Positions 20,185-27,991 of a stretch of DNA of 32,090 nt are shown here, piece by piece. Where the stretch lies: sequence record SRR31156797_6607; one strand, given 5' to 3'. Each line of letters begins with the position of its first letter. Position 1 is the first letter of the stretch. The position numbers and the translations under genes are program-made. The notes beneath the pieces were generated by a model. That model was not told the origin of the DNA, ran no database searches, and saw nothing but the letters and a program-made list of their open reading frames with translations.

Positions 20185-20544
20185 TCAATTAAACTTTTCC
20201 GGGTATTTCATCATATAATGAAGTAATCGACCAACCTCTTCTGATAATAATATTAGTTCTTGATATTGATCTCTTGTTATAAATTCAAAAGTCAGAGCAA
20301 AATCAAGCCAAACTTGCGTCTCCGTATTTTCGCTATCAGAATCTGTAAGTTTACTTACAAAATGCTTCTTATAAACTCGCTTCCGATAAGCTTCTCCTAT
20401 ATTCGCACAGACAGAACGGGAAGATCTTCTGATTTGATCGGTTAGTGAATATTTTTCTTCTTTTGGAAATAATTTTGATATCTCATAAATATTTATGGCT
20501 AAATCAAATGCTTTCCTATAAGCTTTTAATTCCCTAAATGACAT
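20185..20544 (-). CDS. Four helix bundle protein (23S rRNA-IVP / Avd-like family)
   Basis: SFRELKAY, FPKEEKYSLTDQIRRSSRSVCANIGEAY, ETQVWLDFA. Confidence 0.93.
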   Translation of the reverse strand: MSFRELKAYRKAFDLAINIYEISKLFPKEEKYSLTDQIRRSSRSVCANIGEAYRKRVYKKHFVSKLTDSDSENTETQVWLDFALTFEFITRDQYQELILLSEEVGRLLHYMMKYPEKFN

Positions 20545-20568
20545 TATTGGTTACGTTTTGATTACCAT

Positions 20569-20576
20569 CAAACTTA
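20569..20576 (-). promoter_or_regulatory. Putative -7 promoter element for the four-helix-bundle gene
   Basis: Minus-strand TAAGTTTG (TAnnTTTG) 24 nt upstream of the ATG. Confidence 0.55.
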
Positions 20577-20604
20577 ACAAAAAAAAACGATGTTCATTGC
20601 ATTT

Positions 20605-20684
20605 TAACAGTGGGCAGTAAGCAGCAGTATACAGTGAGCATTAAACAATATAGGCAGAAGACTGCAGACTGTAGACTGAGGACT
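20605..20684. repeat. Palindromic 7-mer array: (nnnCAGT)x6 - ATAG - (ACTGnnn)x4
   Basis: taacagt gggcagt aagcagcagt atacagt gagcatt aaacaat atag gcagaag actgcag actgtag actgagg act. Confidence 0.88.
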
Positions 20685-20721
20685 AAAAAAAAGCCACACT
20701 TGAAATACAAATGTGGCTTTT
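20685..20721 (-). terminator. Rho-independent terminator of fumarase
   Basis: A8-GCCACA...TGTGGCTTTT. Confidence 0.8.
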
Positions 20722-20773
20722 GTTTATATTCTATACAATCAACTACTTGCCAATGGCTAATAGCTAAGGGCGT

Positions 20774-22381
20774 TTACTTCATATCAGCAAAGAAATCGTT
20801 TCCTTTATCGTCTACAATAATAAATGCAGGGAAGTTTTCAATGCGAATCTTACGAACCGCTTCCATTCCTAATTCAGGGAAGTCAACAACCTCTACTGAC
20901 TTAATATTTGTTTTAGCTAAAATAGCAGCTGGTCCACCTATGGAACCCAAATAGAAACCGCCATGTTTTTGACAAGCATCAGTAACCGCTTGTGATCTGT
21001 TTCCTTTGGCTACCATTACCATCGATCCGCCTTTACTTTGGAAAAGGTCTACATATGGATCCATACGTCCGGCAGTTGTTGGTCCAAAACTTCCTGAAGG
21101 CATACCTTCTGGTGTTTTTGCTGGTCCTGCATAATAAACCGGGTGATTCTTTAAATACTCAGGCATCTCAGCCCCCTCATCCAACATCTTTTTAATATTG
21201 GCATGTGCAATATCACGAGCTACAATTAGCGTTCCTGATAAGTTCAGTCTTGTTTTAATTGGATACTTTGTTAACTCCTTTAAAACATCTTCCATTGGTT
21301 GATCCAGGTCAATGTCTATGGCAGGAGCTAATTCTGGTGCTCTTTCCGGAACATATTTAGAAGGTGTTTTTTCCAGTTGCTCTAAAAAGATACCTTCTTC
21401 AGTAATTTTACCTTTTACATTACGGTCGGCACTACAGCTAACACCTAAACCAACCGGACAAGAAGCAGCATGACGAGGCATACGAATGACACGCACATCA
21501 TGAACAAAATATTTACCGCCAAACTGTGCTCCGATCTCACTTTCCTGGCAAATCTTCAACACTTTTTCTTCCCACTCTAAATCTCTGAAAGCCTGACCAT
21601 GGTCATTTCCTTCGGTTGGCAAGTGATCTAAATATCCGGCAGAAGCTTTTTTTACAGTAGCTAAAGTTGCCTCTGCTGAAGTTCCTCCAATAACCAATGC
21701 CAAATGATATGGTGGACAAGCAGATGTACCAAGATCTTTTATTTTTTCCTGTACAAATTTGGTCAGGTTCTCTTCTGTTAAAAGACTTTTAGTTTGTTGA
21801 TATAAGAAAGTCTTATTACCAGAACCTCCTCCTTTAGTTAAAAACAAAAAGTCGTATTGATTTCCTTGCTCAGCATAAATATCTATTTGAGCAGGCAAAT
21901 TGTTTCCTGTATTCTTTTCCTGAAACATGGTTTGAGGAACAACCTGCGAATAACGAAGGTTTCTATCCTTATATGTTTCGTAAATTCCTTTTGAGATGTA
22001 TTCTGCATCGCAAGCTCCGGTAAATACATTTTCACCTTTTTTACCAATAACGATAGCTGTTCCTGTATCCTGACAAGTTGGTAATTCTCCTTCTGCAGCA
22101 ACAACCTGATTCATTAACATGGTATGGGCTACAAACTTATCGTTATCAGAAGCCTCTTTATCCTCTAAAATACCCGCAAGTATTTCAAGATGTGCCGGAC
22201 GTAAATAAAAAGAAACATCAGCTATAGCTTCTTTAGCTAAAAGCTCCAAACCCTTAGGATCTACTTTTAATATTTTTCTGCCATCCACATCAATGGTAGA
22301 TACATAGTCCTTTGTTAAAAGACGATACTCCGTTGTATCCTTTTTAATAGGAAATGGTTTTTGATAGGTAAATTCAGACAT
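20774..22381 (-). CDS. fumA: Class I ([4Fe-4S]) fumarate hydratase
   Basis: [37 protein letters not shown] motifs; 535 aa. The fumA/fumB distinction cannot be made from sequence alone. Confidence 0.93.
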   Translation of the reverse strand: MSEFTYQKPFPIKKDTTEYRLLTKDYVSTIDVDGRKILKVDPKGLELLAKEAIADVSFYLRPAHLEILAGILEDKEASDNDKFVAHTMLMNQVVAAEGELPTCQDTGTAIVIGKKGENVFTGACDAEYISKGIYETYKDRNLRYSQVVPQTMFQEKNTGNNLPAQIDIYAEQGNQYDFLFLTKGGGSGNKTFLYQQTKSLLTEENLTKFVQEKIKDLGTSACPPYHLALVIGGTSAEATLATVKKASAGYLDHLPTEGNDHGQAFRDLEWEEKVLKICQESEIGAQFGGKYFVHDVRVIRMPRHAASCPVGLGVSCSADRNVKGKITEEGIFLEQLEKTPSKYVPERAPELAPAIDIDLDQPMEDVLKELTKYPIKTRLNLSGTLIVARDIAHANIKKMLDEGAEMPEYLKNHPVYYAGPAKTPEGMPSGSFGPTTAGRMDPYVDLFQSKGGSMVMVAKGNRSQAVTDACQKHGGFYLGSIGGPAAILAKTNIKSVEVVDFPELGMEAVRKIRIENFPAFIIVDDKGNDFFADMK

Positions 22382-22461
22382 AATTATCTAAATATTTATT
22401 GTTAGTATTTAATATTTCGTGGTAAGTACAGACGATCAAACGCCCTCAAATAATAGAACGC

Positions 22462-22469
22462 CAAAGTTA
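22462..22469 (-). promoter_or_regulatory. Putative -7 promoter element for fumarase
   Basis: Minus-strand TAACTTTG about 80 nt upstream of the ATG. Confidence 0.5.
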
Positions 22470-22521
22470 AGAATTAACGGAATATATCAGCAATGAAGAG
22501 AAATGAATGTTTGATGTTTTA

Positions 22522-22626
22522 GAGCAGTAATCAGTCTTCAGTGAGCAGTTAACAGTTAACAGTAGGCAGTCAACAGTTTTCTGTCTAAGAATAATACTAA
22601 TGACCTAATAGCCTAACGATCTAATC
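22522..22626 (+). repeat. Composite repeat element (7-mer x9, 20-bp core, 8-mer array)
   Basis: gagcagt aatcagt cttcagt gagcagt taacagt taacagt aggcagt caacagt tttctgt; core at 22584-22603; ctaatgac ctaatagc ctaacgat ctaatc. Confidence 0.88.
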
Positions 22627-22709
22627 AAAATACCAAATCCAAGGTTTTCTGTTTAGTTGTACAATCGTTTAGTTGTTCAGTTGAATTATTATTGTAGTCA
22701 GTTCTGCAC

Positions 22710-22826
22710 TTCGACAAATCCCCACTTCGTCAATCTTCAGTCAACAGTTATCAGTCAGCAGTAATAACAGTAATTAGTCTTCAATCTAAGAATAATACTA
22801 ATGATCTATAGATCTAACGATCTAAA
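22710..22826 (+). repeat. Composite repeat element overlapping the nucleotidyltransferase 3' end
   Basis: Leader TTCGACAAATCCCCACTTCGTCAAT, about 7 heptamers, identical 20-bp core at 22785-22804, then ctaatgat ctatagat ctaacgat. Confidence 0.88.
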
Positions 22827-23921
22827 CAACATACCCACAGTACGTTTAATAAGGAGTGATATTCTTTTTAATACAGAACGAAATGTATTGTGTTCTTCTT
22901 TAAAAACAACACTTTTTATAAAGAGAAGCTTGTTTTTGATTCCATTGGTATTTCTCAATCGTTCCCAACCAATAGCATAACTATAGCTGGTATTTTGTTG
23001 TTCCGATTGTTGAATAAATTGAATGAATTGGTTTTTTTCTTTCGCATTTAATGAGATTCTATCGACATCTTTTATAAATGGAAATGTATAAGAAAGTACA
23101 AATTCAGTTTTCATTAACACTTCCAAGACCGTTTGCTCAATATTCAGTTTTTTAATGAATGCAATAAAATCCTGATCAGTATAAAAATAATTGGAAAGAT
23201 AAATTTCTTTAAGGTCTAAAAACCAGCTTAAACGAATTCCACCTCGTCGCATAGTATGATAAGCATGTAAGCAGAGGTAACACAAGTTAAGCATCGGAGA
23301 AAGTGTGGTAATTTGCTGATAAGATATACAGTTTTGATGAATTTCTTTATTGGATATATTTTCCTTGACATCCAAAGGAAACAGAGAGGTGTGAATCTCT
23401 ATCAATACGCCATTGTAGGTAATTCCGGGTAAATGATGACCGGTTTTTTGATCGTGTTCTGCCCATTCTGCAGCATTCACAATTCCTCCATTTTGAACCA
23501 AAAGATCAAAGGCATTTGTAGCCTTTTCATCTAATATCAGTATATCTATATCGCTCATTGGCCGTACCGATACATCCGAATAAATATACTGACTTAAAAA
23601 AATTCCTTTTAAAGGAATGACTTCAATTTGTTGATCTGATAATAATTGATAAACCTCTTTATAGACCTGAGTAATTTGCGTATTCCGCAGCAGATTCTTT
23701 AGATAATCTTTTTTTAATAATGAAAGTATGGCAGCGTCTACAGCTAACTTTTGACTTGTTGCTATCTTAAAAAGATAAGCAGAAAGTCCATTCCTATTGG
23801 CAAATTGATGCGCTTGGTTGACATCCAGGTTAGTAGGAGCCGAAACTTTATCGCCTTGCAATAACTCCAGAATATATTGTTCTTCCGGAGTAAAGGAATA
23901 TTTATTGGGGTGGCTAGACAT
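22806..23921 (-). CDS. Nucleotidyltransferase family protein (NTP_transf_5-like)
   Basis: PLKGIFL...RPMSDIDILI, IEIH, RLSWFLDL motifs. Confidence 0.8.
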   Translation of the reverse strand: MSSHPNKYSFTPEEQYILELLQGDKVSAPTNLDVNQAHQFANRNGLSAYLFKIATSQKLAVDAAILSLLKKDYLKNLLRNTQITQVYKEVYQLLSDQQIEVIPLKGIFLSQYIYSDVSVRPMSDIDILILDEKATNAFDLLVQNGGIVNAAEWAEHDQKTGHHLPGITYNGVLIEIHTSLFPLDVKENISNKEIHQNCISYQQITTLSPMLNLCYLCLHAYHTMRRGGIRLSWFLDLKEIYLSNYFYTDQDFIAFIKKLNIEQTVLEVLMKTEFVLSYTFPFIKDVDRISLNAKEKNQFIQFIQQSEQQNTSYSYAIGWERLRNTNGIKNKLLFIKSVVFKEEHNTFRSVLKRISLLIKRTVGMLFRSLDL

Positions 23922-23925
23922 TTGT

Positions 23926-23988
23926 GGGCAGTGAGCAGTGAACAGTTAGCAGTAAACAGTTAGCAGTCGGCAGTATTCAGTTAGTAGT
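23926..23988. repeat. 7-bp tandem array (nnnCAGT x9)
   Basis: gggcagt gagcagt gaacagt tagcagt aaacagt tagcagt cggcagt attcagt tagtagt, 4 nt from the ATG at 23921. Confidence 0.9.
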
Positions 23989-24001
23989 ATAATTAGTCAT
24001 T

Positions 24002-24107
24002 TGATGAATTGTTAAATCGTTAAGTCGTTTAATTGATGAACAAAAGATTAACGGTTTATCAATTCGATAAATAAACAATTCAACAAACAAATTTATCAAA
24101 TCGTCAA
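24002..24107. repeat. Inverted pair of degenerate 8-bp arrays
   Basis: tgatgaat tgttaaat cgttaagt cgtttaat tgatgaac ... tttatcaa ttcgataa ataaacaa ttcaacaa ... tttatcaa atcgtcaa. Confidence 0.65.
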
Positions 24108-25138
24108 TCCAAAACCATCTTTCGATAGACTTGCGCATATTCTTCTGCTATATAATGGGCATTAAAACGTTTGGCATTATCAAAGCCTTTTTCAATGAGT
24201 TGATCTCTAAGTTGAACATCTGTATAAATTGTATTGATGGCTTGCTGAATTTCATCAACATTATTAGGATTAACCAGTAAAGCACTATCTCCAGCCACTT
24301 CCTTCATCGCTCCTAAATTAGAAGTAATCACAGGTCGGCCTATCGCCTGTGCTTCAATAATCGGAACGCCAAAACCTTCGAAAAAACTTGGAAAGCAAAG
24401 CAAATCGCAACATACATATGCATCTATAATTTGATCGTAAGGAACATGTACCAGGTTCTCAATGGATAGCTGATATTTTTGGATTAATTCATTTTGTTGT
24501 TTTGTTAATTTTCCTACAATGATTACCCTAAGGGATGGTTTTGTATGATTTTCTTTTTCTGATGATATAAATTTATGAATAGCTTTTAATATTCCTTCTA
24601 CATTTTTATTGACCTTGGTTCCCATAATCAAAATGGAAAACGCTTGTTGTGCAGAATTTGCTTTAACAGCTACTATTTCATTTGGCAAAGGGTTATGAAT
24701 GACTTTTATTTTATCTGCCGAACACCCCGTCCACTCTAACAAACGTTGTTTAGTATGCTCAGAAATAGTGGTAATCACTTCTGCCCTTTTTACAGGAATA
24801 GTTATCCAAAGCCATTTTAAAATTCTGAATGCAAATCCTTTGTATGCTGCCAACGATTCCAGATCGTGATAGGTAATTACCAATCCTTTTTTAGGTAAAG
24901 CAAGCGCTGCAAAAGTTATATCTCCGGTTATATGATTGATAACTCCCTTGTTTCTTCTAACTTCCAACAATGCCTTAACTCTTCCCCACCAACCTGAAGT
25001 TCCGTTTTTTAATTTATACTCCCGGACATTGATGTCTTCAGGTAAATGTTGAATCACCTGTTCAAATACCTTTTCAATGCTGAAATATTGTGATTGTGGC
25101 TTTCGAAAGAAATATGTAACCGGTATTTTTATGGACAT
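24104..25138 (-). CDS. Glycosyltransferase family 4 (GT-B)
   Basis: FPSFFEGFGVPIIEAQA (E-x7-E), HITGD, TYHD. Confidence 0.92.
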   Translation of the reverse strand: MSIKIPVTYFFRKPQSQYFSIEKVFEQVIQHLPEDINVREYKLKNGTSGWWGRVKALLEVRRNKGVINHITGDITFAALALPKKGLVITYHDLESLAAYKGFAFRILKWLWITIPVKRAEVITTISEHTKQRLLEWTGCSADKIKVIHNPLPNEIVAVKANSAQQAFSILIMGTKVNKNVEGILKAIHKFISSEKENHTKPSLRVIIVGKLTKQQNELIQKYQLSIENLVHVPYDQIIDAYVCCDLLCFPSFFEGFGVPIIEAQAIGRPVITSNLGAMKEVAGDSALLVNPNNVDEIQQAINTIYTDVQLRDQLIEKGFDNAKRFNAHYIAEEYAQVYRKMVLD

Positions 25139-25139
25139 A

Positions 25140-26294
25140 CTAATTAAACAATGCTTTATAGCTATTTAGTAATTCAGGATTATGAATAAAGTTTTCTGCT
25201 TTTAACCTGGCTCCTTTGCATAAACTATCGAACTCCATTTGTTCCAAATTAATCAACTTTTCTATCGTTTTTGTCCATATAGACATTTCTGAAACAAGCG
25301 GTAAATCCCAACCACACTTTTCTTTTTCCAAATTTCTCCATGGTGTCTGATCACTGGTTAACACTGGTCTTCCCGACATAAAACTTTCCAGTATCACATG
25401 TCCAAAATTCTCTCCTCTTGATGGCAAAAACAGGATATGGTATTGTTGTATGGTCTCTCCTACCTCATCTGCATCTACCGTACCTTTATAAGTCACTTTT
25501 ATTTGAGGAGGCAGTTTACTGATAAGCAACTGACATTCCTGCCAATAGTCTTCATTATAAATCTGGCCATACAAATCCAATTCAAGCTGAAAATCCTTTT
25601 CCGGTTTTAATTCAGAAAGTTTTTCTAAAGCAAACAACGTATTTTTTTCCGGAGAGATTCTTGCCAGACTCACAAGCTTAAGCTTACCTTTTTCCTTTGA
25701 TAGATGCTTAAATGATGGCAGATCGCTTTTAGGTAAATTATCTGCAATCAATACTTTGGTTTCTTGTCCAATTGCATTTAATATATCCTTTTTTTCTTTC
25801 ACATTAGTGGCATGAAAGAACACATTCTTATATAAATTGATGAATTTAATGGCTTTTAAAAATAGTTGCTTTTTACCTGATTTCACATCAATGGCACTTT
25901 GCGCCAGCATTCCTCTCGAAGCTACTATTTTCTTTCCTTTAAACTTTTTTGCTGCCAGCAATGGTAAAATTGAGAACTTCCAGGAGTAGATACCATTGAT
26001 ATAAATAATTTCAAAATTATCAGATTGAATAATTCGTTGGTAATATTTCTTATTCTGTTGATCTCCAGATGTGTAATATACCTTTACATTATTGGAAAAA
26101 TCAGTCCATTGGTTAGGTGTAATTCCTGTATATGGTGTTGTTTCTGTATAATCAGTATTTCGGGTAACAATATAAAAATCGAATTCATCCTTTAAATACG
26201 CCACCATATTAGCCATAGACCTTACCGGACCACCGGCCTTATATCCCGGCAGAAACCAATCAATAAAAACAAGAATCTTTTTTTTGTGTTGCAT
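25140..26294 (-). CDS. Glycosyltransferase family 4 (GT-B)
   Basis: PGYKAGGP, ARISPEKN, PSRGENFGHVILES. Confidence 0.92.
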   Translation of the reverse strand: MQHKKKILVFIDWFLPGYKAGGPVRSMANMVAYLKDEFDFYIVTRNTDYTETTPYTGITPNQWTDFSNNVKVYYTSGDQQNKKYYQRIIQSDNFEIIYINGIYSWKFSILPLLAAKKFKGKKIVASRGMLAQSAIDVKSGKKQLFLKAIKFINLYKNVFFHATNVKEKKDILNAIGQETKVLIADNLPKSDLPSFKHLSKEKGKLKLVSLARISPEKNTLFALEKLSELKPEKDFQLELDLYGQIYNEDYWQECQLLISKLPPQIKVTYKGTVDADEVGETIQQYHILFLPSRGENFGHVILESFMSGRPVLTSDQTPWRNLEKEKCGWDLPLVSEMSIWTKTIEKLINLEQMEFDSLCKGARLKAENFIHNPELLNSYKALFN

Positions 26295-26328
26295 GCGTTA
26301 TTTTGTGCTTCAGTTATCGGTTTAACAA

Positions 26329-26480
26329 TTCGACATATCTAAACTTCGTTAATACCAGGTAATCAGTTAGCAATTTTCAGTCTTCAGTTAACAGTTAGCA
26401 GTCTAAAAAAAATACTAATGACCTTAGGCCCTAACCTAACGATCTAGTAGCCTAATAGCCTAATGACCTAACGACCTAAG
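26329..26480 (+). repeat. Composite repeat element (leader, 7-mer x7, core, 8-mer x about 8)
   Basis: Leader TTCGACATATCTAAACTTCGTTAAT (20/25 to the 22710 copy); core TCTAAAAAAAATACTAATGA at 26402-26421 (18/20). Confidence 0.88.
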
Positions 26481-26501
26481 TAAAATCATTCATATAAAAT
26501 A

Positions 26502-27836
26502 TCAAATCCTGATCCCCCATTGCCTCTTTATAAACCAAAGAAGACCAAATACAACAATCGAAGCTTTTAACAGGTGATTTAGTACCACCACAAACTCTGT
26601 TTCAGCTTTTACAACCTGCAGAAACAATATTGGACTCCATACCAACAGAGTAGGATAAATACTGGAAAGATGAATTAGTTTTTGCCAAAACCATGAAATA
26701 AATAATCCCCAACAAAACATAAATATCAATCCTCCCCAATATCCGTAATTAGCCCAACCTTCTCCTACAAGACTAATTCCCATACTGGTATTCTCCCCTA
26801 GTTCAAGGCCTGTGAATTTTTCAAAGTTTTCCTGACCTCCTGCTTTTTTCTTATTTGGAGCTATAATACGAGGAAGTAAGCTCGCTGTAATTGCTTCTGA
26901 AATTGTAGCTCCGTTAACAAAAGGCTGACTTTCCGGAACGTGATTCATGATGGCTGAGATAATCCAGCCCTGATTCAAACGTACATTCATATCCTCTTCC
27001 GAATTCGGCGTGAATATTGAACCATTGCTCCATTGGGAGACAGCCAAGCTCATAAATAATGAAAATTTACTGCCTTGATACTGACCGGACCAAACGATCT
27101 CCCGATATTGGCCTTTCACAGATTGTATAGTAGTTGCTAATAAAATTCCTATGATGGCATATATTAATTTAGAACCAAATTTTAGCTTTAGCTCCCTTGA
27201 AATAAAAGTAAACGTTAACAATGCCCATAATAATAAATCATGAAACATACCTGCAGCCAAAGAAGCGGCTGCTGTTAAAGACATGGTAATACCAAAAACT
27301 AACCATTTGTTTTTACTTGGTGAAAATATTAGATATATAGCACCAATATACTTAGCATTTGATAATAAAAAGAATACAAAACTAAGAGATGCCGGAATTA
27401 AGAATGAAAGATAAGGTATTATGATTCCTCCAATAACTAGTATATATGGTAACCTTGGATACTGACTAAGCAAAATATTCACCCTTTCTGCCATTTCTCT
27501 TAAATCAATCCGATCCTTATATACTTTAGCCCCTAACCGAAATAACAAAACTGCAGGTACTACAAAACTCATATATATTTCCTCATCAACATACATGTGA
27601 TATTTATAGTGATAGGCATCATTGTGATAATCTATAAAAGGACCAAGAATCCACTGCAAAGCAGCCATAGCAGTCATTAAATCAATAATTGGGATTTGTT
27701 CTCCCATATTATCAACAACCCGCAATACATAATATAAAGTAGCTCCAAGACCGATGGATGTCCAAAGAAGGTTTCCTGAAACAAGAAAAACTATACTACA
27801 AAAAACTGATAGACTTAAGATTAACTTCTTATTCAT
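26502..27836 (-). CDS. Polytopic membrane protein, probable Wzy-like polysaccharide polymerase
   Basis: Roughly 10-12 hydrophobic segments, a large loop with RLNQGWIIS and LLPRIIAPNK, GEGWANYG; lies between GT genes. Confidence 0.65.
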   Translation of the reverse strand: MNKKLILSLSVFCSIVFLVSGNLLWTSIGLGATLYYVLRVVDNMGEQIPIIDLMTAMAALQWILGPFIDYHNDAYHYKYHMYVDEEIYMSFVVPAVLLFRLGAKVYKDRIDLREMAERVNILLSQYPRLPYILVIGGIIIPYLSFLIPASLSFVFFLLSNAKYIGAIYLIFSPSKNKWLVFGITMSLTAAASLAAGMFHDLLLWALLTFTFISRELKLKFGSKLIYAIIGILLATTIQSVKGQYREIVWSGQYQGSKFSLFMSLAVSQWSNGSIFTPNSEEDMNVRLNQGWIISAIMNHVPESQPFVNGATISEAITASLLPRIIAPNKKKAGGQENFEKFTGLELGENTSMGISLVGEGWANYGYWGGLIFMFCWGLFISWFWQKLIHLSSIYPTLLVWSPILFLQVVKAETEFVVVLNHLLKASIVVFGLLWFIKRQWGIRI

Positions 27837-27991
27837 TTAAAGGAATTATACGGTGTGAAGATAACTGAAAATGACTAAATGTTGAATTGTTTATCTATTG
27901 AATTGTTCTGTTGAAATTTTTAAAGTAGTAGTAGTTGACAGAGAGCTGCTTGGAGAAGACAGACTTTAGTCAGATTATCTATATGAATAGA

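Noticed and set aside
20185-20544. Diversity-generating retroelement or 23S rRNA intervening sequence
   Set aside because: No reverse transcriptase, TR/VR pair or rRNA sequence was seen in the window.
20610-20954. 114-aa plus-strand ORF
   Set aside because: Its N-terminus is a translation of the heptamer array, it crosses a terminator, and it runs antisense into fumarase.
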